From Podarcis erhardii (Eukaryota): DNA of 64,000 bases. Under the pieces are notes generated by a model. It worked only from the letters and a program-made list of their open reading frames with translations. It did not search any database and was not told where the DNA came from. This document shows, in pieces, positions 61,501-64,000 of this stretch; position 1 is the first letter of the stretch; every line of letters starts with the position of its first letter. Position numbers and translations under genes: made by a program. The stretch is taken from NCBI GenBank assembly GCA_964252035.1, contig OZ176200.1, one strand, 5' to 3'.

Positions 61501-63267
61501 TTTGACTGGCAAGGACCTGTTTGCAAATTCCTGTGCCTTTCTCAATTTTAAAAACCCTAATTGCCAGCAATGGCCCATTTTGCTTTCATATAACACCTTG
61601 TGTATCTTTTGATTCTCTGCTGTGCAGAGATGAGTATGTCTTAGTGTGTGTTTCTGTATGTATATAAAACAGAATTAGCCTCTGAACATTTCGACTGAAT
61701 TTTGCATTGAAATATGGATTCATCTCCTTATTTTTCTATACTGTTTGAATAACATGCACAGCGAACATAACTGATACTTAAATATTCTTCCTGAAGTGCC
61801 TGAGGTTCGGAAGAAACCTGAACCAGAAAAGAAAGTACCAGTTGCTGTTCCCAAGAAAGTGGAAGCTCCCCCAGTTAGAGGTATATATATATATAGACTG
61901 CTTTTTTCACTTAGGCAAAATTAGGGTTGCCATACGTCTGGATTTTCTCGAACATTACTGGGATTTCAAAGGCTCAACAACTTTGGGGTTTGTCTAAAAA
62001 AGCTCAACAACTTTCAGGGTGCCCTGGTTTTTACTTTTTGAAATATGGCAACCCTAGGCAAAATGCTTTTTTTTTTTTTGTCGTCTGTCATCTAAACTAT
62101 TTGAGTTGATATTAATCTCTTTTGCATTAAGTGTGAGCAATTGCTTGTCTCTAAAGCAATCTGGCTGTGGATTTACTCAGTGAAATGTATGTGTTATAAG
62201 TTCTTAATGTGTTTTCCTATTGATGTTCAAATCACTCCAACGTTATAAAATTTTGTAATATTTTTAAGTGGCCAAGAAAGCTCCTCCTGAGGAACGGGCA
62301 CCACCTAAAGCAAAAGAACCTCCAGCACCCAAAGGTAACACACACGCAAAATCATGTCAGTAATGTGTTTTGTCTAGATAGCGTCATGTATATATTTTGT
62401 TGGTCCATTTCACATAAGAATTATATGGGTTTCGTGCACATTAATATCTTGAGGGACTGTCGCCATGTATTGGCCCCTCTTTGAATCTTCTGCCAGTAAT
62501 GTTGTCAGTTCCTCGGTCTCTTTTACTGTCTCATTCATGTTTTATATATGGTAAATAATAGATCAGTATTTTTAAACGGAACTGAATTATAGTCAAAATA
62601 TATTCCTGTCATTCTGAGATGGAACCACATGCAATATTCCTACCTTTGTTTGTTGTCTTTAAGTGACCGAAGTACACAAGAAAAAGGTTGTCACTGAAGA
62701 AAAAGTAACAGTCACTAAGAAGGAGGAGGCTCCACCAAAAAGAGGTATATAAAGTTTTAAATTCTGTGGAATTTATATATATGTATCTTAAGATTTCTTG
62801 GGAGCTAAAGAACTGCACAGCAAATGCAAGAAACCCAGGGGACTCAGTCATCAAATATCTCCCCCCATGATGCAGAGCAAACCACTTTTGAAACTGAATG
62901 AGCTTTCAAAGGCTATTTGTGATATAGCATGGGAGAGGAATATAGCAGGGGAAGAAAGAACTTATTGTTCAAACAAGAAAAGTTGTTTTTAGGCATGCCA
63001 AAGGTAACTCTTTGCATCCTTCTTTTGCCCTAGTGGTCTAATTATGTTAAATAGTCTGTGTTTCCTTTTCTTGTTTTATGTACAATGTCAAGATCTCGGT
63101 ACTTTGAATCGTTTTGTTACCTGGTTTATATTTGTCACATGTACGTGATTTAAGTCACCTGAAAATTAATAATATCTTTCAAGTGCCAGCTGTGCCAAAG
63201 AAAGCTGTGCCGGAGGAGAAAGTCCCCATTCCGGTTCCCAAGAAAGCAGTGGCTCCACCAGTTAAAG
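2017..63267 (+). CDS. TTN: Titin, internal I-band part (N2B, I27-I79, N2A, proximal PEVK); multi-exon, partial
   Basis: 87 AG/GT-bounded exons splice into one open frame. Diagnostic titin sequences include N2[33 protein letters not shown]-set Ig domains with PPxF...W.K....Y.C motifs, and PEVK repeats. Confidence 0.99.
3375..5372 (+). repeat. Cryptic ~74-aa (222-nt) degenerate protein tandem repeat, about 9 units, inside the N2B unique sequence
   Basis: Three independent motifs recur at 222-nt spacing: xxxx[EA]E[KQ] at 3375, 3597, 3819, 4041, 4263, 4707, 4929, 5151; E(P) at 3690, 3912, 4134, 4356, 4578; [LF][PS][KR]E at 3744, 3966, 4188, 4410. Confidence 0.8.
6341..6445 (+). mobile_element. 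Penelope-like element terminal (pLTR) fragment, sense to TTN
   Basis: Carries a hammerhead core; 100 bp identical to the reverse complement of 48398-48497; CACTGAGCA direct repeats at 6322-6330 and 6444-6452. Confidence 0.75.
6343..6380 (+). ncRNA. Minimal type-I hammerhead ribozyme motif
   Basis: GTAT [CTGAAGA] A [GTGTG-CATG-CACAC] [GAAA] GC TC^ ATAC. Helix I GTAT/ATAC, intact core, helix II hairpin, self-complementary AGCT helix III, CUC cleavage triplet (cut after 6376). Confidence 0.75.
6902..7180 (+). CDS. TTN: Titin exon, Ig I27 (eq. human exon 50)
   Basis: 279 nt, AG/GT; [12 protein letters not shown]...KATLTVT. Confidence 0.95.
8300..8863 (+). CDS. TTN: Titin exon, Ig I28+I29
   Basis: 564 nt, two Ig domains; [13 protein letters not shown]...SATVTIR. 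Confidence 0.95.
8910..9090. promoter_or_regulatory. Candidate muscle enhancer-like motif cluster
   Basis: MEF2-consensus TTATTTATAG (8910-8919), GC/KLF boxes CCACGCCCCC (8978-8987) and GGGGTGGGG (9076-9084), paired E-boxes CACCTG (9005) and CAAATG (9012); motif match only. Confidence 0.3.
9544..9825 (+). CDS. TTN: Titin exon, Ig I30 (6-domain super-repeat 1, pos 1)
   Basis: 282 nt, AG/GT; [12 protein letters not shown]...TEIVVK. Confidence 0.94.
9930..10208 (+). CDS. TTN: Titin exon, Ig I31
   Basis: 279 nt; [12 protein letters not shown]...ATYILK. Confidence 0.94.
11205..11324. mobile_element. hAT-type palindromic MITE
   Basis: TIR CAGTAGTGGGGAACCT / AGGTTCTCCACTCCTG; flanks atttacac / gtttacat (8-bp TSD-like). 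Confidence 0.7.
11333..11449. mobile_element. Second hAT-type MITE, directly following the first
   Basis: Starts CAGTAATGGGGAACCT, ends AGGTTCCTCACCTCTA. Confidence 0.65.
11705..11983 (+). CDS. TTN: Titin exon, Ig I32
   Basis: 279 nt; [12 protein letters not shown]...GELAVK. Confidence 0.94.
12082..12360 (+). CDS. TTN: Titin exon, Ig I33
   Basis: 279 nt; [12 protein letters not shown]...TSFTVL. Confidence 0.94.
12493..12780 (+). CDS. TTN: Titin exon, Ig I34
   Basis: 288 nt; [12 protein letters not shown]...GTLTIK. Confidence 0.94.
12912..13190 (+). CDS. TTN: Titin exon, Ig I35
   Basis: 279 nt; [12 protein letters not shown]...ANLFVQ. Confidence 0.94.
13307..13588 (+). CDS. TTN: Titin exon, Ig I36 (6-domain super-repeat 2, pos 1)
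   Basis: 282 nt; [12 protein letters not shown]...SVVVVK. Confidence 0.94.
13701..13979 (+). CDS. TTN: Titin exon, Ig I37
   Basis: 279 nt; [12 protein letters not shown]...SELALK. Confidence 0.94.
14065..14343 (+). CDS. TTN: Titin exon, Ig I38
   Basis: 279 nt; [12 protein letters not shown]...ALLTVK. Confidence 0.94.
14448..14726 (+). CDS. TTN: Titin exon, Ig I39
   Basis: 279 nt; [12 protein letters not shown]...ASINVL. Confidence 0.94.
14867..15154 (+). CDS. TTN: Titin exon, Ig I40
   Basis: 288 nt; [12 protein letters not shown]...AHLTVK. Confidence 0.94.
15287..15565 (+). CDS. TTN: Titin exon, Ig I41
   Basis: 279 nt; [12 protein letters not shown]...TTLFVK. Confidence 0.94.
15774..16055 (+). 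CDS. TTN: Titin exon, Ig I42 (6-domain super-repeat 3, pos 1)
   Basis: 282 nt; [12 protein letters not shown]...IELRVK. Confidence 0.94.
16153..16431 (+). CDS. TTN: Titin exon, Ig I43
   Basis: 279 nt; [12 protein letters not shown]...TKVSLK. Confidence 0.94.
16562..16840 (+). CDS. TTN: Titin exon, Ig I44
   Basis: 279 nt; [12 protein letters not shown]...ALLLVQ. Confidence 0.94.
16946..17224 (+). CDS. TTN: Titin exon, Ig I45
   Basis: 279 nt; [12 protein letters not shown]...ATLSVL. Confidence 0.94.
17362..17649 (+). CDS. TTN: Titin exon, Ig I46
   Basis: 288 nt; [12 protein letters not shown]...AVLTVK. Confidence 0.94.
17887..18165 (+). CDS. TTN: Titin exon, Ig I47
   Basis: 279 nt; [12 protein letters not shown]...TTLSIT. 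Confidence 0.94.
18376..18657 (+). CDS. TTN: Titin exon, Ig I48 (10-domain super-repeat 1, pos 1)
   Basis: 282 nt; [12 protein letters not shown]...TKLLVK. Confidence 0.94.
19436..19637. mobile_element. Degenerate hAT-like MITE
   Basis: Left end ccggggtgggcaac resembles CAGGGGTGGGCAAC hAT TIRs; right end atgcttccacccta; GC-rich in an AT-rich intron. Confidence 0.4.
19821..20099 (+). CDS. TTN: Titin exon, Ig I49
   Basis: 279 nt, absent from the + ORF track, translated by hand; [12 protein letters not shown]...CMVKLK. Confidence 0.93.
20204..20485 (+). CDS. TTN: Titin exon, Ig I50
   Basis: 282 nt; [12 protein letters not shown]...ATLTVL. Confidence 0.94.
20940..21218 (+). CDS. TTN: Titin exon, Ig I51
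   Basis: 279 nt; [12 protein letters not shown]...ASVDVL. Confidence 0.94.
21314..21601 (+). CDS. TTN: Titin exon, Ig I52
   Basis: 288 nt; [12 protein letters not shown]...AALIVQ. Confidence 0.94.
21752..22030 (+). CDS. TTN: Titin exon, Ig I53
   Basis: 279 nt; [12 protein letters not shown]...AHLSVK. Confidence 0.94.
22119..22397 (+). CDS. TTN: Titin exon, Ig I54
   Basis: 279 nt; [12 protein letters not shown]...ALVSTL. Confidence 0.94.
22508..22786 (+). CDS. TTN: Titin exon, Ig I55
   Basis: 279 nt; [12 protein letters not shown]...AVLAVQ. Confidence 0.94.
22913..23200 (+). CDS. TTN: Titin exon, Ig I56
   Basis: 288 nt; [12 protein letters not shown]...ARLTVS. Confidence 0.94.
23337..23624 (+). 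CDS. TTN: Titin exon, Ig I57
   Basis: 288 nt, absent from the + ORF track; [12 protein letters not shown]...AQLNVK. Confidence 0.93.
24719..25000 (+). CDS. TTN: Titin exon, Ig I58 (10-domain super-repeat 2, pos 1)
   Basis: 282 nt; [12 protein letters not shown]...TTVTVK. Confidence 0.94.
25078..25257 (-). mobile_element. tRNA-derived SINE (Squam2-like)
   Basis: Reverse strand reads GCTCACTGGTAGAGCATCTGC...GGTTCAACTCCC (A/B boxes), then CCTGGAGAGCC...GATGGACCAATGGTCTGACTC. Confidence 0.7.
25559..25621. repeat. (ATT)n microsatellite, probable tail of the adjacent minus-strand LINE
   Basis: About 20 ATT units with one interruption. Confidence 0.9.
25622..25769. mobile_element. Short MITE nested at the (ATT)n tail
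   Basis: Imperfect TIR CAGTGCTTTTTT / AAAAAAGGCACTTG; internal TACCCCTAA repeated. Confidence 0.6.
25770..26118 (-). mobile_element. L2-type LINE 3' remnant
   Basis: aaggtggcttaca next to the tail and gggagcagccaccgagaaggccctct, which I recognise as typical of reversed L2 3' ends. Confidence 0.5.
26888..27166 (+). CDS. TTN: Titin exon, Ig I59
   Basis: 279 nt, absent from the + ORF track; [12 protein letters not shown]...CAVKFK. Confidence 0.93.
27281..27562 (+). CDS. TTN: Titin exon, Ig I60
   Basis: 282 nt; [12 protein letters not shown]...GHLQVL. Confidence 0.94.
27691..27969 (+). CDS. TTN: Titin exon, Ig I61
   Basis: 279 nt; [12 protein letters not shown]...SSVDIS. Confidence 0.94.
28063..28350 (+). 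CDS. TTN: Titin exon, Ig I62
   Basis: 288 nt; [12 protein letters not shown]...AFLTVQ. Confidence 0.94.
28491..28769 (+). CDS. TTN: Titin exon, Ig I63
   Basis: 279 nt; [12 protein letters not shown]...THLFVK. Confidence 0.94.
28909..29187 (+). CDS. TTN: Titin exon, Ig I64
   Basis: 279 nt; [12 protein letters not shown]...ALVSII. Confidence 0.94.
29293..29571 (+). CDS. TTN: Titin exon, Ig I65
   Basis: 279 nt; [12 protein letters not shown]...TTITIK. Confidence 0.94.
30020..30307 (+). CDS. TTN: Titin exon, Ig I66
   Basis: 288 nt; [12 protein letters not shown]...AKLLLT. Confidence 0.94.
30471..30758 (+). CDS. TTN: Titin exon, Ig I67
   Basis: 288 nt; [12 protein letters not shown]...AQLSFK. 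Confidence 0.94.
30785..30830. repeat. (TCT)n microsatellite 26 nt downstream of the I67 donor
   Basis: About 15 TCT units. Confidence 0.92.
32045..32330 (-). mobile_element. CR1-type LINE 3' remnant
   Basis: ctagtccagcatc...cacagaggccaatcagatg is the reverse complement of the tail seen at 47720-47790. Confidence 0.5.
32703..32984 (+). CDS. TTN: Titin exon, Ig I68 (10-domain super-repeat 3, pos 1)
   Basis: 282 nt; [12 protein letters not shown]...TSLKVK. Confidence 0.94.
33246..33524 (+). CDS. TTN: Titin exon, Ig I69
   Basis: 279 nt; [12 protein letters not shown]...CSVMLK. Confidence 0.93.
33628..33909 (+). CDS. TTN: Titin exon, Ig I70
   Basis: 282 nt; [12 protein letters not shown]...ATLSVL. 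Confidence 0.93.
34019..34297 (+). CDS. TTN: Titin exon, Ig I71
   Basis: 279 nt; [12 protein letters not shown]...ASVQVS. Confidence 0.94.
34786..35073 (+). CDS. TTN: Titin exon, Ig I72
   Basis: 288 nt; [12 protein letters not shown]...AYFIVR. Confidence 0.94.
35233..35511 (+). CDS. TTN: Titin exon, Ig I73
   Basis: 279 nt; [12 protein letters not shown]...TQLFVK. Confidence 0.94.
35610..35888 (+). CDS. TTN: Titin exon, Ig I74
   Basis: 279 nt; [12 protein letters not shown]...STVSIL. Confidence 0.94.
36001..36279 (+). CDS. TTN: Titin exon, Ig I75
   Basis: 279 nt; [12 protein letters not shown]...ALLTVQ. Confidence 0.94.
37463..37750 (+). CDS. TTN: Titin exon, Ig I76
   Basis: 288 nt; [12 protein letters not shown]...AKLILT. 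Confidence 0.94.
37950..38237 (+). CDS. TTN: Titin exon, Ig I77
   Basis: 288 nt; [12 protein letters not shown]...AQLNIK. Confidence 0.94.
38908..39198 (+). CDS. TTN: Titin exon, Ig I78
   Basis: 291 nt; [12 protein letters not shown]...SSVVIK. Confidence 0.94.
40262..40549 (+). CDS. TTN: Titin exon, Ig I79
   Basis: 288 nt; [12 protein letters not shown]...SKVTIK. Confidence 0.94.
40992..41087 (+). CDS. TTN: Titin N2A exon: linker + start of I80
   Basis: 96 nt; [32 protein letters not shown]; donor gtaagc. Confidence 0.92.
41218..41500 (+). CDS. TTN: Titin N2A exon: rest of I80 + start of UN2A
   Basis: [20 protein letters not shown]...EGDLRAKLK; phase 1 to 2, donor gtaagt. Confidence 0.93.
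42187..42476 (-). mobile_element. Penelope-like element fragment with an inactivated hammerhead core
   Basis: Same family as 6341 and 48368. Reverse strand reads GTAT CTCAAGA A GTGTGCATGCACAA GAAA GC TT ATAC (G5>C in the core, helix II closing pair broken). Confidence 0.75.
42586..42769 (+). CDS. TTN: Titin N2A exon: UN2A (is) helical insertion, part 1
   Basis: [61 protein letters not shown]; phase 2 to 0. Confidence 0.95.
43281..43370 (+). CDS. TTN: Titin N2A exon: UN2A part 2
   Basis: 90 nt; [30 protein letters not shown]; phase 0-0. Confidence 0.94.
43482..43749 (+). CDS. TTN: Titin N2A exon: Ig I81
   Basis: [14 protein letters not shown]...SAKLTVI; phase 0 to 1. Confidence 0.94.
43836..44096 (+). 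CDS. TTN: Titin N2A exon: Ig I82
   Basis: 261 nt; [16 protein letters not shown]...ADLTIE. Confidence 0.94.
44601..44810 (+). CDS. TTN: Titin N2A exon: Ig I83 part 1
   Basis: 210 nt; [19 protein letters not shown]...VTADDE. Confidence 0.94.
44926..45003 (+). CDS. TTN: Titin N2A exon: Ig I83 part 2
   Basis: 78 nt; [26 protein letters not shown]. Confidence 0.94.
45128..45154 (+). CDS. TTN: Titin micro-exon, N2A-PEVK linker
   Basis: 27 nt; EIKLEVKPP; cttgcag acceptor, gtaaag donor. Confidence 0.9.
45940..46039. mobile_element. hAT-type palindromic MITE, internally deleted
   Basis: gggaacctttggccctccaga ... ggagggccaaagtttcccc inverted ends. Confidence 0.65.
46070..46104. repeat. (GT)n microsatellite
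   Basis: About 17 GT units, ~115 nt upstream of the 46218 micro-exon. Confidence 0.92.
46218..46265 (+). CDS. TTN: Titin PEVK-region micro-exon
   Basis: 48 nt; [16 protein letters not shown]. Confidence 0.88.
46376..46432 (+). CDS. TTN: Titin PEVK-region micro-exon
   Basis: 57 nt; [19 protein letters not shown]. Confidence 0.82.
46549..46626 (+). CDS. TTN: Titin PEVK exon
   Basis: 78 nt; [26 protein letters not shown]. Confidence 0.88.
47200..47810 (+). mobile_element. CR1-type LINE 3' end, interrupted by a SINE
   Basis: ggctttaaaagagtattaggcaaattaatggagg...ggctactagccatg before the SINE; ggcatctggttggccactgtgagaacagga...gatgggccattggcctgat after it. Confidence 0.55.
47341..47616 (+). mobile_element. 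CORE/MIR(Ther1)-derived SINE (Squam3-like) with (CTT)n tail
   Basis: tRNA-like head GTGGTGTAGTGGTTAAGAG...GGTTCGCGTCTCC, MIR-like core GCTGGGTAACCTTGGGCCAGTCAC...CTCTCAGCCCCAC...CCTCACAG, CTT tail. Confidence 0.8.
48054..48155 (+). CDS. TTN: Titin PEVK exon (alternative start 48057 via TAGCAG)
   Basis: 102/99 nt; (A)[33 protein letters not shown]; donor GAAG|gtaaag; weak pyrimidine tract. Confidence 0.7.
48368..48497 (-). mobile_element. Penelope-like element terminal fragment, antisense; hammerhead core intact but helix I truncated
   Basis: Reverse strand reads ACGT CTGAAGA A GTGTGCATGCACAC GAAA GC TC ATAC; 48398-48497 is the exact inverse of 6346-6445. Confidence 0.78.
49505..49546 (+). 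repeat. (ATT)14 microsatellite abutting the splice acceptor AG (49547-49548)
   Basis: ttgt(att)14 ag|CTCCTGCAAAG. Confidence 0.95.
49549..49788 (+). CDS. TTN: Titin PEVK poly-E exon (Tyr/Trp-rich acidic)
   Basis: 240 nt; [10 protein letters not shown]...[29 protein letters not shown]...KQIRKE. Confidence 0.92.
50133..50468 (-). mobile_element. Sauria SINE (Squam1), full length
   Basis: tRNA-like head with B box GGTTCGAATCC, ACCTTT-type tail, perfect 12-bp TSD TTTACAAGTGTA (50121-50132 / 50469-50480). Confidence 0.92.
51064..51156 (+). CDS. TTN: Titin PEVK exon
   Basis: 93 nt; [31 protein letters not shown]. Confidence 0.85.
51348..51425 (+). CDS. TTN: Titin PEVK exon
   Basis: 78 nt; [26 protein letters not shown]. 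Confidence 0.82.
51527..51690 (-). mobile_element. Degenerate tRNA-derived SINE (Squam2-like)
   Basis: gagataccagggacttcaccttggacctccttc resembles the reversed tRNA head of the 25078 copy. Confidence 0.4.
52059..52124 (+). CDS. TTN: Titin PEVK exon
   Basis: 66 nt (in-frame alternative starts 52065, 52068); [22 protein letters not shown]. Confidence 0.82.
53049..53132 (+). CDS. TTN: Titin PEVK exon
   Basis: 84 nt; [28 protein letters not shown]. Confidence 0.82.
53460..53510 (+). CDS. TTN: Titin PEVK acidic micro-exon (duplicate 1)
   Basis: 51 nt; [17 protein letters not shown]. Confidence 0.8.
53939..54001 (+). CDS. TTN: Titin PEVK acidic micro-exon (duplicate 2)
   Basis: 63 nt; [21 protein letters not shown]. 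Confidence 0.82.
54067..54203. mobile_element. hAT-type palindromic MITE
   Basis: TIR CAGGGTTTCCCAAA / TTTGGGAAACCCTG; TSD atttaaac / gtttaaac (7/8 match). Confidence 0.85.
54387..54452 (+). CDS. TTN: Titin PEVK (PPAK-type) exon
   Basis: 66 nt; [22 protein letters not shown]. Confidence 0.9.
54762..54842 (+). CDS. TTN: Titin PEVK (PPAK-type) exon
   Basis: 81 nt; [27 protein letters not shown]. Confidence 0.92.
55464..55826 (+). mobile_element. Sauria SINE (Squam1), full length
   Basis: GGGACCCGGGTGGCGCTGTGGGTTAAACC head, B box GGTTCGAATCC at 55527-55537, TTTACCTCTT tail. Confidence 0.92.
55967..56050 (+). CDS. TTN: Titin PEVK (PPAK-type) exon
   Basis: 84 nt; [28 protein letters not shown]. 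Confidence 0.92.
56372..56452 (+). CDS. TTN: Titin PEVK (PPAK-type) exon
   Basis: 81 nt; [27 protein letters not shown]. Confidence 0.92.
56797..56868 (+). CDS. TTN: Titin PEVK (PPAK-type) exon
   Basis: 72 nt; [24 protein letters not shown]. Confidence 0.92.
57086..57157 (+). CDS. TTN: Titin PEVK (PPAK-type) exon
   Basis: 72 nt; [24 protein letters not shown]. Confidence 0.9.
57822..57905 (+). CDS. TTN: Titin PEVK (PPAK-type) exon
   Basis: 84 nt; [28 protein letters not shown]. Confidence 0.92.
58177..58441 (+). mobile_element. Sauria SINE, older and 3'-truncated; sits next to a hAT-MITE end at ~58035
   Basis: GGATGCGGGTGGCGCTGTGGTCTAAGCCACTGAGCC...GCTGGCCACATGA. Confidence 0.82.
58855..58959 (+). 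CDS. TTN: Titin PEVK exon
   Basis: 105 nt; [35 protein letters not shown]. Confidence 0.92.
59176..59340 (-). mobile_element. MIR/CORE-type SINE remnant
   Basis: caacaacctagtgagatgagttaagctgagaga...ggcccattcacccagtgagattcatggctgag is a reversed CORE. Confidence 0.55.
60014..60172 (+). CDS. TTN: Titin PEVK poly-E exon
   Basis: 159 nt; [53 protein letters not shown]. Confidence 0.9.
61028..61148. mobile_element. hAT-type palindromic MITE
   Basis: CAGGG...CCCTG ends, internal gaacctgtggccctccaga / gggagttgtagtccagc; flanks gaggaaag / gagtaaac. Confidence 0.65.
61305..61358 (+). CDS. TTN: Titin PEVK micro-exon
   Basis: 54 nt; [18 protein letters not shown] (CAGAAG tandem acceptor). Confidence 0.85.
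61797..61880 (+). CDS. TTN: Titin PEVK (PPAK-type) exon
   Basis: 84 nt; [28 protein letters not shown]. Confidence 0.92.
62269..62334 (+). CDS. TTN: Titin PEVK exon
   Basis: 66 nt; [22 protein letters not shown]. Confidence 0.88.
62664..62744 (+). CDS. TTN: Titin PEVK exon
   Basis: 81 nt; [27 protein letters not shown]. Confidence 0.9.
63184..63267 (+). CDS. TTN: Titin PEVK (PPAK-type) exon
   Basis: 84 nt; [28 protein letters not shown]. Confidence 0.92.
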
Positions 63268-64000
63268 GTACACCTGCTTTCTCTGACTCTACAAGAGGGC
63301 TTTTGAATAGGTCAGAAACAGGCACCCGCTGGAGTTGTGAACCAGCTGCTTCTGATAAGGAAAAAGTAAACTTGACTAAATTTCACAGAAATGTTCTGCT
63401 CTGTGTCAAAACAAATGCAGAATACTAGGGTTAAACTGGGACACTTGAAACGCTGGTGTTGATGAATTCCTGTAGGCACTTTGCCTGCACAACTTCTAGC
63501 AGCTGGCCTTTGCTGATCTGCAGCAGTGCATTGTGTTGACTGTGTAGTTTGTAAGGTCTTTTGCAATATTATTTTTATGTGGGTGAAACTGCCACGTGCT
63601 TTAGATCTCTTATGGCATTCTTGTTTTGTGAGACATTTCTCTGTCCCTGTTAAAAGCTGTCCTGAATCTTAATGTCCTTCTTGAAAGTTTTCTGCAGTGT
63701 ACACTCTTTCGGACCTTTATTTTTAAAAAAGAAAGAAAGAAAATAAATGATTTCATAAATATTATTTCTGTTTAAAAATCTGCAGTGAATATTTTACATT
63801 ATGATGCCTTTGGATAATAAATAAGTATTTCTGTTCTTGAAAAAGAGCAAATTCCATAAACCAAAAGCAGGCCAGTTAATAGCCTGTATTGTCAAGTTTT
63901 TGCTAAATGTATGTCTGCTTAATATTATGTTGTCATGTTGGTCTCCTGTATTAGAAAATCTTGAGATATCAAATGTCTATGAAGTTTTCTTTGTCTGTAA

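Overview
This window is an internal ~61 kb segment of the titin gene (TTN, + strand) from a squamate reptile, most likely a lacertid lizard judging by its Sauria/Squam-type SINEs. Both gene ends lie outside the window. In order it holds: the cardiac N2B exon (2017-5880); 52 middle tandem-Ig exons encoding I27-I79, including 3 six-domain and 3 ten-domain super-repeats; the 8 N2A exons (I80-UN2A-I81-I82-I83); and the first 26 small PEVK-region exons. I placed every exon by hand from AG/GT boundaries and continuity of the reading frame; nearly all are phase 1-1 and 3n long. Domain and exon labels follow human numbering by positional counting and recalled similarity, not a computed alignment. Introns carry SINEs, hAT and Tc1/mariner MITEs, CR1/L2 remnants, Penelope-like fragments and microsatellites. 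Most notable: (1) a cryptic ~74-aa (222-nt) periodicity through an enlarged N2B 'unique' spring; (2) an intact, sense-oriented minimal hammerhead ribozyme motif in the N2B-I27 intron, which has a perfect 100-bp inverted copy 42 kb downstream; (3) two sharply different classes of weak splice sites marking the Ig and PEVK blocks; (4) an (ATT)14 microsatellite that forms a PEVK splice acceptor.
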